NCBI GenBank assembly: GCA_903821995.1
Contig: CAIJNI010000085.1
Location: 25,588 to 89,587, forward strand
Direction: 5' to 3'
DNA length: 64,000 bases
From: an uncultured beta proteobacterium
GTDB lineage: Bacteria; Pseudomonadota; Gammaproteobacteria; Burkholderiales; Burkholderiaceae
Under the pieces are notes generated by a model. That model saw only the letters and a list, made by a program, of their open reading frames with translations, was not told where the DNA came from and did no database searches. This document shows, piece by piece, positions 30,292 through 39,832 of this stretch (its first letter is position 1; every line of letters begins with the position of its first letter). A program made the translations under genes and the position numbers.

Positions 30292-31260
30292 TTATTCAGG
30301 TTTAATTTGACCATCTCGAATAATAATTTTAAGGCGAGCTAAATCTTGCTCTTGAAATTTTTCAAACTCTGAAGCGCTTAGACTATTTGGAGCAAATCCT
30401 GCCCTTTCTGCTTTCTCTTTAGCGTCTTCTGTATTCATGATTTCTGAAATCTTCGAACTTAATTGGTTGACGATAGTACTTGGTGTTTTTGCGGGGACAT
30501 GAATACCATTCCAAGCTACATAGGAAAAGCCAGGAAAGCCTTGTTCGCCAGCGGTGGGTAAATCGGGAAGCCCCTTGTATCTTTTAGTACCGGTAATTGC
30601 AATTGCTTTTAATTTTTTACCTTGAATCATGGGTAGTACTGCAGGTGCCGTGGCGAACATGATTTGAACTTGGCCACTCATGACATCAGTAATAGCAGGA
30701 TTAGTACCCTTATAAGGGACGTGTGTAATTTCCACATGGGCTTGTTGTTTAAACATTTCAGCAGCTAAATGAGGTGCTGTACCATTTCCTGCTGATGCAT
30801 AGTTCAATTGACCTGGCTTAGATTTTGCAAGGTTGACTAAGTCTTTTAAGTTATTAACAGGCAAATCTGGGTTAACTACGAGGATGATTGGAATTGTGGC
30901 GAGAAGGCTTACAGGTCGAAGGTCCAGCGATATGTCATAGGGCATTTTAGGTTGAAGGACATCATTGGCTGTGTAGGAACTTGAGGATAAAAGGAGTGTG
31001 TAGCCATCGGGCGGGGCTTTGGCAACTGCGTCTCCTGCGACTATTCCGCCAGCTGCGGGGCGAGGATCAATAATGACGGCTTGCCCCCAAGCCTGCGTTA
31101 ATTTCTCCCCGAGCATTCTTGCGAGTACGTCAGTACCGGGTCCGACAATTAATTTAATGGGTTTATTAGGATAGCTTGAAGTTTGAGTATCTGCAAGTAT
31201 TTGATTAGTATGGGTTAATTGCAATAAGCCTAGGGCTAAGATGATAATCTTAAGTCTCAT
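30292..31260 (-). CDS. Bug/TctC substrate-binding protein
   Basis: Minus strand (track mislabels +). YPNKPIKLIVG, PPDGYT, SAGNGTAPHL, VPYKG. Confidence 0.93.
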   Translation of the reverse strand: MRLKIIILALGLLQLTHTNQILADTQTSSYPNKPIKLIVGPGTDVLARMLGEKLTQAWGQAVIIDPRPAAGGIVAGDAVAKAPPDGYTLLLSSSSYTANDVLQPKMPYDISLDLRPVSLLATIPIILVVNPDLPVNNLKDLVNLAKSKPGQLNYASAGNGTAPHLAAEMFKQQAHVEITHVPYKGTNPAITDVMSGQVQIMFATAPAVLPMIQGKKLKAIAITGTKRYKGLPDLPTAGEQGFPGFSYVAWNGIHVPAKTPSTIVNQLSSKISEIMNTEDAKEKAERAGFAPNSLSASEFEKFQEQDLARLKIIIRDGQIKPE

Positions 31261-31391
31261 ATTTTTTAATTTAGTTATATTTATAGTTTAAGGATGAACC
31301 CTAAGGTCTTGAATTCGATCTATAAAAATTAGTTTATCATCAAGTAGTAAAAATTAAAATTAAAAATATAAGTTACACGTCAGGAGACATC

Positions 31392-32078
31392 ATGAAATCT
31401 GTTGCTGGTTTTAAGATAAGTTATCTAAAAGAAATTCCATGGGAAGATCGTATCAATGTGGACAACTGGCCAAGTAAAGCCGGAATGTATTTAGATGATG
31501 AAAATACAGGGCTGTGTTTGCGGCTCATTGACTATTATGTCGGTTCGATTGAACCTCGCCATATTCACGCTGGGATGCATGCGACAACCGTCCTAAAGGG
31601 TAAAGCGATTGTTGATGGCTTAACATTGGGACCTTTAGATGTTATTTTAGGCCCTAGTCATGAACCACATGGACCATTAAGTTACCCAGAAGGATGTATT
31701 TTGTTAAGTGCATTTCAAGGAAGCTATTACCATAGTGAAGTTCAGCAGCTCTCAGGAAAGAAAGAGTACAGACTAATTCATCAGTCAGCCTTAGAGTGGC
31801 ATGAAGTTGAAGAGGGTGTAAAAGTTAAGACCTTAGTTGATCATGGTTGTGGCAAGCTGATTGTGAATGTTGTCCATGTTGCTCCAGGTAAGGTATCTCC
31901 AGTGATGACTTCAAAAAACTTAAATGCTGCTCTCATTATTTCAGGTGGCGTTGAAATTGAAGATCAAAAATTAGGGGTATGGGATTTCTTTTCTGTGATG
32001 AATGATAAGCCGCATGGTCCTATTCATTTCCCGAGAGGTGCGCAGTTGCTGACTTTTAATTTACCAAGGTTTGGCTAA
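31392..32078 (+). CDS. Bicupin protein (ChrR-like/cupin_7 repeats)
   Basis: Two internal repeats (W...; P.HG. motifs); the N-domain has HIH...H and EPHG; RBS AGGAG. Confidence 0.7.
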   Translation: MKSVAGFKISYLKEIPWEDRINVDNWPSKAGMYLDDENTGLCLRLIDYYVGSIEPRHIHAGMHATTVLKGKAIVDGLTLGPLDVILGPSHEPHGPLSYPEGCILLSAFQGSYYHSEVQQLSGKKEYRLIHQSALEWHEVEEGVKVKTLVDHGCGKLIVNVVHVAPGKVSPVMTSKNLNAALIISGGVEIEDQKLGVWDFFSVMNDKPHGPIHFPRGAQLLTFNLPRFG

Positions 32079-32100
32079 CGGTATTGAGTTATATATTGAT

Positions 32101-32838
32101 ATGAGCCCGCAATTTCTCCAGCAAATCGCTCCCTATGGAAAGCTTCGCGCATCTATTAATTTAGGTAATCCTATTTTGGCGCGGCGTGACTCTGTTACTG
32201 GAGAAGTTTCTGGAGTTTCTATTGATTTGTCTAAAAATTTAGCGGCAACGTTAAAGATTGACCTAGAGATCTTAGTATTTGACTCTGCAGGAAAATCGGT
32301 TGATGCGGTGACGCAGGATAAAGCAGATTTTGGTTTTTTTGCTATCGATCCATTACGGGGTGAGGGGATTACTTTCACGTCAGCCTATGTATTGATTGAA
32401 GGCGCTTACCTTGTCAGAAATGAATCTAAACTCACTAAAAATGAAGAAGTGGATCAGATTGGACGGCGTATTGTTGTTGGAAAGGGGAGCGCATATGATT
32501 TGTACCTCAGTCGAGAGTTAAAAAATGCGCAGCTTGTTCGAGCGCCTACTTCACCCAAAGTAGTTGATTTTTTCTTAGAAGGAAACTTTGAAGTTGCCGC
32601 AGGAGTTAAGCAGCAGCTTGAGGCTGACCAGCTTCGTTTGCCAAATTTGAGATTATTGCCAGGTCGTTTTATGGTGATACAGCAAGCGATGGGTGTTCCT
32701 AAATCAAGATCTCAGGAAGTGTCCTCTTACTTATCGCTTTATGTGGAAGAAATGAAATCAACTGGGTTTGTAGCCAAAGCATTACAACGGCATCGCATTG
32801 AAGGTGCTTCAGTTGCTCCAATCATAGTCGGGCTTTAA
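32101..32838 (+). CDS. ABC-type substrate-binding protein, family 3 (PBP2)
   Basis: GKLRASINLGNP, GVSIDL, GSAYDL..L; ATG at 32101 preferred over the track's TTG 32071, which overlaps the cupin gene. Confidence 0.8.
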   Translation: MSPQFLQQIAPYGKLRASINLGNPILARRDSVTGEVSGVSIDLSKNLAATLKIDLEILVFDSAGKSVDAVTQDKADFGFFAIDPLRGEGITFTSAYVLIEGAYLVRNESKLTKNEEVDQIGRRIVVGKGSAYDLYLSRELKNAQLVRAPTSPKVVDFFLEGNFEVAAGVKQQLEADQLRLPNLRLLPGRFMVIQQAMGVPKSRSQEVSSYLSLYVEEMKSTGFVAKALQRHRIEGASVAPIIVGL

Positions 32839-32903
32839 TTGCTATCGCTTCAGTGATTAGTTTTTGGGGTGATATTGAATGCCTCAATTAAGCACCATTA
32901 AAA

Positions 32904-33893
32904 CTATTCTTTTTCAATACCTGCTTTTTTTAGAATCTCTCCGATGATAGGAGACTCTTTGCGGCCTTGTTCAAAGACTTTTTCAGGATTGCTATATGAA
33001 GTGCTTACCCCTAATTTTTCAAAAGAATCTTTCACGTCAGGCATCACCATAATACGGCTTAAATCTGAATTAATTTTATTGACAACCGATTGTGGTACTC
33101 CTTTAGGTGCAACAATAGCCCACCATACGGAGGCTTCAAAATTAGGAAAACCTGCTTCCATCATTGTTGGGATATCTGGAAGAACCCCAATGCGCTGAGG
33201 TGAAGTCACTGCTAAAGCGCGAATTTTTCCACTCTTAATAAAAGGCATGGCTGGCGCCATATCGGAAAATACGATTTGGATTTGTCCTGCAACTAAGTCT
33301 GTTACTGCAACACCTGTCCCCTTATATGGAATATGAACGAGATCGACCCCTGTAGCGTTTTTGTACATCTCGCCAGTGATATGAGATTGAATTCCCTTTC
33401 CACCAGAGCCAAAATTCAGTTCACCTGGCTTTGATTTGGCCAGAGCTGTGAGTTCAGCTATTGTTTTAGCAGGTACATTAGGATTGACAACAATGACTTG
33501 ACCAGCAATAGCGACCATAGAAATCGGGGTGAAGTCTTTGTAAAAGTCAAAAGGCATTTGCTTATACAAAAAAGGATTATTGACAACGGTACTGCTGTTC
33601 GTTAAAAGAATTGTGTAGCCATCGGGAGGACTTTTTGCTGCGAGGTCATGGCCAATATTGCCACTTGCTCCTGGCCGATTTTCTACTGTGACTGGTTGGC
33701 CTAATGATTCAGTGAGTTTTTGCCCTAAAATTCTAGCAAGGACATCGCTAGTCCCACCGGGGGGGAATGGCGCAATTAACTTTACTGGGCGGTTTGGATA
33801 ATTCGATTGGGCAAAAGTTGAAGTGAGGGAGACTAAAAACAAAGATCCAATGACGCTGGTTACTCGAAATAAATTGATTAAGATATTTATCAT
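32904..33893 (-). CDS. Bug/TctC substrate-binding protein
   Basis: Minus strand (track mislabels +). YPNRPVKLIAPFPPGGTSD, PPDGYT, SGGKGIQSHI, IPYKG. Confidence 0.94.
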   Translation of the reverse strand: MINILINLFRVTSVIGSLFLVSLTSTFAQSNYPNRPVKLIAPFPPGGTSDVLARILGQKLTESLGQPVTVENRPGASGNIGHDLAAKSPPDGYTILLTNSSTVVNNPFLYKQMPFDFYKDFTPISMVAIAGQVIVVNPNVPAKTIAELTALAKSKPGELNFGSGGKGIQSHITGEMYKNATGVDLVHIPYKGTGVAVTDLVAGQIQIVFSDMAPAMPFIKSGKIRALAVTSPQRIGVLPDIPTMMEAGFPNFEASVWWAIVAPKGVPQSVVNKINSDLSRIMVMPDVKDSFEKLGVSTSYSNPEKVFEQGRKESPIIGEILKKAGIEKE

Positions 33894-33900
33894 CTTTTGT

Positions 33901-33935
33901 CCCTCTAATATTTGTTAGAACTCAATATTAGAGGG
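33901..33935 (-). promoter_or_regulatory. Perfect 12-bp stem-loop whose 3' arm contains the RBS of the downstream Bug gene
   Basis: CCCTCTAATATT-N11-AATATTAGAGGG; on the minus strand GAGGG lies 7 nt before the ATG at 33893. Confidence 0.55.
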
Positions 33936-33958
33936 GTTTATCTTAAATGGTCAAGAAA

Positions 33959-35188
33959 TTAAAAATACGCTTGACCTCTACCTACCGTTGGTTCCCATTC
34001 GCAGTCTGACCAAGGACCATCACCATGCTCTTTGATATAAGAAATATTGCCTTTTAATGTTGGCTTTTGTTTGCCAGAGAAAAGACCTTCTAACCAATCA
34101 AAAACATAGTCATGACAATCCATTCCACCTAAATTAGAAATACCCCAGAGTGGGTGGTATTGATTTTCAAAAACCCACATTTCTTTAGGGGATTTTAAGT
34201 CTTCAAAGGCTTCGATAGCTTCTTCAAGTGGACAAAGTGGATCAAACTCTCCTGTCACCAGAAGTGTGGGGCACTTGATATTATCTAAATGGCCTCTGAC
34301 GGTCATATCTTTAGCGACCTCAACATCGAATTTTTCCTCATCATCGTATCCAGCCATATACATAAACATCTGTTTAAAGCGCGGAGAAGATTGAGTAAAG
34401 ATTGTGTTGTTAGGGTTAAAGCAGGCAACTGAAGACACAACCGCAGCAGCACGGTGATCGTAGTTTGATAAACGAAGTGACCAATAACTACCCATACTGA
34501 TCCCGTAGATCGCAATTTTATCGCCATCAATTTCTGGCCTTGTTTTTAGATAGCTAATGACAGCTGCGCCAGCGCGCTCATAATTGTCGCCAACGGAACG
34601 AATTTTTTGAATATTAGAATTCCCTTGTCCAGGACCGTCCATAGCTAGGATATGAAAGCCTCTTTCTTTACCAATATTGTGATAGGCTTTAGGAAACACC
34701 TCTTTCGTTTGATCCATTCCAGGTACATAAATCACGACTGGAGCTTTGCGACGATCAGGTAACAGATGCAGTAGGCATGAAATAGTCTTACCATCATCAA
34801 ATTCAACCTCAACGCGCTCAATGGGATAGTCTGCTGTTTGGCTTCTTAAATCAACCATTTCTGTGAGTTTGTCGCATAAACTTTTTTTCACGGGGTGATC
34901 GTCGTAATAAATTGGGTGCTGAGCCATACGATAGCCTTCAATCGCATGGTCATAATGATAAGTTGCTGTGGCATTAGACCCTTTAGCTTGAGCTAGCTTT
35001 GCTAAGCGCTCATTGCGTTCGGCAGCCTCCCTCCAAATTTTTGGGAACATCCGGTAGTTTCTAGCTCTTTTGCCAGCTGGAATTTCAGCATCATCGCGCT
35101 CAAAGTTTTGTACTCTTCCCCTCATATTCAGGGCAAGGTCAAGCATCCATTGTTGGTTGTCGCGTTCGGTTCTAAGTTTTTTAATCAC
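33959..35188 (-). CDS. Alpha/beta hydrolase, 2,6-dihydroxypseudooxynicotine hydrolase/FrsA-like
   Basis: PGMDQTKE, MDGPGQG, nucleophile GISMG, GEFD Asp, QYH His; GTG start with AGGAG. Confidence 0.82.
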   Translation of the reverse strand: MIKKLRTERDNQQWMLDLALNMRGRVQNFERDDAEIPAGKRARNYRMFPKIWREAAERNERLAKLAQAKGSNATATYHYDHAIEGYRMAQHPIYYDDHPVKKSLCDKLTEMVDLRSQTADYPIERVEVEFDDGKTISCLLHLLPDRRKAPVVIYVPGMDQTKEVFPKAYHNIGKERGFHILAMDGPGQGNSNIQKIRSVGDNYERAGAAVISYLKTRPEIDGDKIAIYGISMGSYWSLRLSNYDHRAAAVVSSVACFNPNNTIFTQSSPRFKQMFMYMAGYDDEEKFDVEVAKDMTVRGHLDNIKCPTLLVTGEFDPLCPLEEAIEAFEDLKSPKEMWVFENQYHPLWGISNLGGMDCHDYVFDWLEGLFSGKQKPTLKGNISYIKEHGDGPWSDCEWEPTVGRGQAYF

Positions 35189-35483
35189 TGCATCTCCTAT
35201 CGTAAAAAATTAAGTTAAAAATAAAGATCTGAATACTTTTGACAAAATCTAGCAAGTTATTTTGAGTTCGATCAGCATAAAATATACTAGATTTTTAAAC
35301 AAATGTTTAACCCTATTTTTATTAAAACTTAAAAATTAGGGTTTACCTTAGGGTGGAATCTTGCTGAGTCTAATATTCTGCACTTTACAGAGATATTTTT
35401 TTTAATGTGACCCTGATTATTGATAAACTAGTGGTTATAAAAATAAAGCAGTGCATCTATAAACATTACGAAACGGAGAGAAA

Positions 35484-36563
35484 ATGAAACAAATCAATAT
35501 TGCTGTGATTGGTACAGGTTGGTGTGGTGGTATTCGGACCGAAACCGCTAGACGAAATGCCCTTGTGAAAGATATTCATATTGCAGAGACAAATGAAATA
35601 CGTTTAAAAGAAATGGCATTATTGGTAGATGCAAAAACAGCGACTACTGATTACAAAGAGTTATTGAAAATTGCTGATATTGATGCTGTGATTATTTCTG
35701 CAACCCCTGAGACAACCCATTACCCAATTGCACGAGATGCACTTCTTGCAGGTAAGCATGTATTTTTAGAAAAGCCGATTGCTTTGGAATTACATGAGGC
35801 TGATGAGCTGATTGCCATCGCTAGAAAATCAAAACTAAAATTTACAATTGGTTATTCACAGAGATTTAACCCTAAATTTGCGTACGTTAAAAAATCAATT
35901 AAAGATGGCGCTATTGGCCAGCCTGTGAGTGTTTTGGTGAGTAGGCATATAACGCGTAGTTTGGGTAAAAAAATTGTTGGTCGGGTGAAGTTATCTCCTG
36001 CCGCCATGGAGTGTACGCATGATTTAGATTTTGTGTTCTGGTGTTTAGAGCCTGCCAAGCCAGTGAAGGTTTATTCGCAAGTGAACTATGGAGCTATGCG
36101 TGAATCTACTGGCGCTGATATTCCTGATACGCAGTGGATGACTGTGACCATGGACAATGGTTTATCGTTTGTAGTTGGTGGTGGCTGGAGCTTGCCTCCA
36201 GGATATCCAAACTTCTCCACCACATGGATTGAGTTTATAGGCCGTGATGGTGCATTATTAGTAGATGATAGTCATAAAGATGTCGTGCTAAATACGGTGA
36301 ACAAGGGAATGCAGCTCCCGATGTCGACTATGCCTGGTGAGCAGGTAGATCATGTTTTTGCTGGCCCAATGGCGAGTGAAACAATTCACTTTATCGAAGC
36401 CGTTGCACTCGATCGTGATGTCTTAGTTACAGCAGAACAAGCACGCCAGGTGATGGAAGTTTATATGGCAGCTGATATTTCTGCTGAAACTGGAAACCCT
36501 GTAACTTTACCGCTGGTTCCAGCCTTGGTTGAATTAAAAGCAGCCGCAGGAGGAAGTCGGTGA
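35484..36563 (+). CDS. Gfo/Idh/MocA family oxidoreductase
   Basis: GTGWCG, ATPETTH, LEKPI, IGYSQRF, THDLD. Confidence 0.9.
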   Translation: MKQINIAVIGTGWCGGIRTETARRNALVKDIHIAETNEIRLKEMALLVDAKTATTDYKELLKIADIDAVIISATPETTHYPIARDALLAGKHVFLEKPIALELHEADELIAIARKSKLKFTIGYSQRFNPKFAYVKKSIKDGAIGQPVSVLVSRHITRSLGKKIVGRVKLSPAAMECTHDLDFVFWCLEPAKPVKVYSQVNYGAMRESTGADIPDTQWMTVTMDNGLSFVVGGGWSLPPGYPNFSTTWIEFIGRDGALLVDDSHKDVVLNTVNKGMQLPMSTMPGEQVDHVFAGPMASETIHFIEAVALDRDVLVTAEQARQVMEVYMAADISAETGNPVTLPLVPALVELKAAAGGSR

Positions 36564-37672
36564 GAGATAGGCAAGCTAAAAATATTGGATTAGCAATTGT
36601 CGGTGCGGGGCGAGTTGGCTTATTTCGGGGTGAAGTTGCTGCAAGGCATGCCCAAGTCGGATGGATTGGTATTGCAGAGAAAAATCCTGAGCGTGCGAAA
36701 TTTGTAGCCGAAAAATTGCAAGCTGATTTTGTAACCTCAGATTACAAGGAGCTACTTAATCGGCCTGAAGTTAATGCAAGTATTATTGCAACTGATGAGC
36801 ACTTGCATGTGGACCCGGTATTGCTTGCCGTTGAAAATAAACATTCGATCTTGATTGAGAAACCTTTAGCAACAGACTTAGGTGATTCCGAACGTGTTCT
36901 AAAAGCGATTGAAGCTGCTGGCGTTGATGCCATTGTTGGATATACTCAGCGATTCAGACGCAGATGGCTAACTGCAAAAGAAAAAGTAAGGACTGGACAA
37001 CTAGGTGATGTGACTCTAGTCACTTCTAGAGCTTTTATGAATCGCCTAGTTGCAATTGACAACTATAAACGCACAAGTTTCCCTGAAAAAATATCACCTA
37101 TGGTGATTTCAGGGACTCACGCTTTAGATATCGTCATGTGGATGATGGAAGGTAAAACGCCTGTTGAGATTTACGCTACTTCTATTAATAAAGCTTTAGG
37201 TCCAGAGTGGAAAGGAATTGATGCTACTTCAGGAATTATTACTTTCTCTGATGGTACGATTTATCAAGCAACTATTTCTTGGGCGCTACCTGTGATCTGG
37301 CCGGGTGCTGTTTATAGCTTAGATGTAGGTATCGTTGGTACAGAAGGTGTACTTACCATAGATGATACGCACCGGGATATCGTTCTTGCAACTAGCCAAT
37401 TTCAAGGCGAAGGTTATGCGCCTGATTCAACAAGAAGAGTTGATTTCTTGGGTAGCTATCCTCCTGGAGACATGGCACTAGGTGAATTGCGTGGACCTAT
37501 GCGCGAAGAAACAGAATCCTGGTTAAATCGAGTTTCTCTTGGACTGCCAACACCAGCGGCAACTGCTCGAGAAGCGCACCGTAATTTAATGCTGACAAAA
37601 GCATTCGATCTATCGGCGAGATTGAAACGACCTATCAAGCTCCCAATTGATGCTACAGATGATATTTATTAA
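36560..37672 (+). CDS. Gfo/Idh/MocA family oxidoreductase
   Basis: GAGRVG, IEKPL, VGYTQRF, THALD; GTGA start/stop overlap with the upstream paralogue. Confidence 0.88.
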   Translation: MRDRQAKNIGLAIVGAGRVGLFRGEVAARHAQVGWIGIAEKNPERAKFVAEKLQADFVTSDYKELLNRPEVNASIIATDEHLHVDPVLLAVENKHSILIEKPLATDLGDSERVLKAIEAAGVDAIVGYTQRFRRRWLTAKEKVRTGQLGDVTLVTSRAFMNRLVAIDNYKRTSFPEKISPMVISGTHALDIVMWMMEGKTPVEIYATSINKALGPEWKGIDATSGIITFSDGTIYQATISWALPVIWPGAVYSLDVGIVGTEGVLTIDDTHRDIVLATSQFQGEGYAPDSTRRVDFLGSYPPGDMALGELRGPMREETESWLNRVSLGLPTPAATAREAHRNLMLTKAFDLSARLKRPIKLPIDATDDIY

Positions 37673-37682
37673 ACGTAGAATA

Positions 37683-38666
37683 TTAATTATTTTGTCTTGA
37701 CCAGTCGATCTCATGGTTGGATCTAATGTGAAAAACCATTTGATCCTCCCCTAAAACGAGGGGCCCCGAATAAGTGGTTCTTGTTTGTTCCTCAACTTCT
37801 TTTTCAGTGACTGCTGGAATGGATGGGGTGCTATTTAAAGAAAAATGATAATAGACTGCCAATTTGGGATTAACTTTTGTAAAGATCAGTCCCCCTTCTT
37901 TTGGTTTGGTATGGTGAGACATAATGACGCTAAAAATTGGAGATTTCATTAATTCATCTGGAACTGCGGCGACTTGATGAATCAGTAAATCGGTACCTTT
38001 AGCGAATTGAATTAAGTTTTCACTATATTTAGTATCTCCAGAAATCGTAACAGAACGACCTCGATAATCAATCCTGTAACCAAATGCTGGTTGAAGATAC
38101 TCGCCATGATCAACATTAAAGGCAGTTACTTTGACATCATTGTTGTTATAAATTTCACCTTGGGTGATTTCCTTAACAACCGGCGTTAGATTATTAGGGT
38201 TTAAATTTTGATCCTTAATTCTTGCGTTGATATCCCAGGCATAAGCATCTTGTAAACCCCTCATGAGTCCAGCAGTTCCAACTGGACCAAATACGTTGAA
38301 AGATCCATTCCTTCTTCCGTAAGGGGTTTCAAGCCACCCGGTGAGCCAAAGATCTGGAATTCCAACGATATGGTCCGAGTGAAGATGGGTTATGAAAAGT
38401 GCATTGATATGCCCTAAAGGTAATTTTTCTTGATGTATTCTTTGTGTGACACCGCGTCCAGCATCAATCAGTAAATTTTGTCCTGCGACTTGAATTAAAA
38501 CCCCTGGACCGAATCGATTAAGTACTGGATTGGGGCTGCCTGTGCCAAGAAGAATCACCTTAAAATCACTTGGTGCAGTAGTTTGAGAAAAGCACCAAGG
38601 AGTTAATGTGGCAATTACAAAACTGATTAATATTTTTTGTAAGATGGTAGATGTGAAGATTTTCAT
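37683..38666 (-). CDS. Exported MBL-fold metallo-hydrolase (RNase Z/arylsulfatase-like)
   Basis: Minus strand (track mislabels +). Signal peptide, LLGTGSP, IDAG, THLHSDH, VDHG, SGDT, DLLIHQ. Confidence 0.85.
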   Translation of the reverse strand: MKIFTSTILQKILISFVIATLTPWCFSQTTAPSDFKVILLGTGSPNPVLNRFGPGVLIQVAGQNLLIDAGRGVTQRIHQEKLPLGHINALFITHLHSDHIVGIPDLWLTGWLETPYGRRNGSFNVFGPVGTAGLMRGLQDAYAWDINARIKDQNLNPNNLTPVVKEITQGEIYNNNDVKVTAFNVDHGEYLQPAFGYRIDYRGRSVTISGDTKYSENLIQFAKGTDLLIHQVAAVPDELMKSPIFSVIMSHHTKPKEGGLIFTKVNPKLAVYYHFSLNSTPSIPAVTEKEVEEQTRTTYSGPLVLGEDQMVFHIRSNHEIDWSRQNN

Positions 38667-38853
38667 AGCGTAATGAAGAAACTTATCCTTTAAAGTGATA
38701 TTGTAAAAAAATATTATGGACTTGAACTGTTACTCATAAATCATAAATTAGTATAAATACTGACAAGTATGAATCTTAAATAGCTAAGTGATTAACAAAT
38801 AGAATGAGTGTGCTTAAAATGGGAGCGTCATTGATGTTTATGGATTATTCGAT

Positions 38854-39777
38854 ATGAAAAATAGTTTTCAAGCACCCCAGACTTGTGACCTTATTGGTAT
38901 TGATTTGGGAGGAACAAAGATAGAGGTCGTGGTTCTAGGTAAAGACCAAAAAATTACGTTTCGCGAACGAACTGATACCCAAGCCAGTTTGGGTCCTCAG
39001 CATATATTTAATCAAATCAACATGCTTTACCAAGCAGCAATACAAACGATTGGTCATCGAGATCATACCTTAGGTGTTGGTACTCCGGGCAGTATTTCAG
39101 GAAAAACCGGGATGTTAAAAAATTCTAATACCGTTTGTTTAAATGGCTTGCCATTAAAGTCCTTGTTAGAAGATCATTTAGCACATGCATTAGTTGTTGA
39201 AAATGATGCTAATTGTTTTGCGCTGGCTGAAGCAGTGTATGGAGCGGGTAAAAATTATGATCTGGTTTTTGGGGTCATTATGGGGACAGGTTGTGGTGGA
39301 GGTATAGTTACTAATAAAAAAATTAGACGAGGCCCTCAAAACTTATCTGGTGAATGGGGCCACATGAGCATTGATCCAAATGGCCCTAGATGCTTTTGTG
39401 GAAGAAGAGGATGCGTAGAGACCTACATATCAGGAAGTGGCTTAGAAAAAATATATGCTGAGCAATCTTTAAAACTTGGAAAAGCAAGTGATGCTCGCGA
39501 AATTTTTAATTTAGCTAAATTAGGTGATAGACACGCACGTAGTAGCTTAGAAATTTTTTACTTCAGTTTTGGTAGAGCATTTGCAAATTTAATTAATATT
39601 CTTGACCCTGATATCATCATATTAGGTGGTGGTTTATCTAATGAAACAACTCTTTATCAAGAGGGTATTGAGTCGATTAAAAATTATGTCTTTAATGATG
39701 AGTTGATAACGCCGATTGTTAAACATGAATTAGGCGACTCTGCTGGAGTTATTGGAGCTGCTTTAATTGGGGTTTAG
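38854..39777 (+). CDS. ROK family sugar kinase (Mak/fructokinase-like, no HTH domain)
   Basis: GIDLGGTKI, ENDANC, GTGCGGG, GEWGH, CFCGRRGC Zn motif. Confidence 0.9.
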   Translation: MKNSFQAPQTCDLIGIDLGGTKIEVVVLGKDQKITFRERTDTQASLGPQHIFNQINMLYQAAIQTIGHRDHTLGVGTPGSISGKTGMLKNSNTVCLNGLPLKSLLEDHLAHALVVENDANCFALAEAVYGAGKNYDLVFGVIMGTGCGGGIVTNKKIRRGPQNLSGEWGHMSIDPNGPRCFCGRRGCVETYISGSGLEKIYAEQSLKLGKASDAREIFNLAKLGDRHARSSLEIFYFSFGRAFANLINILDPDIIILGGGLSNETTLYQEGIESIKNYVFNDELITPIVKHELGDSAGVIGAALIGV

Positions 39778-39832
39778 TGATTTTTCAAATGAAATTTGAA
39801 GAAACACCAAGTTCAGTGTATCGTTTAGCCTT

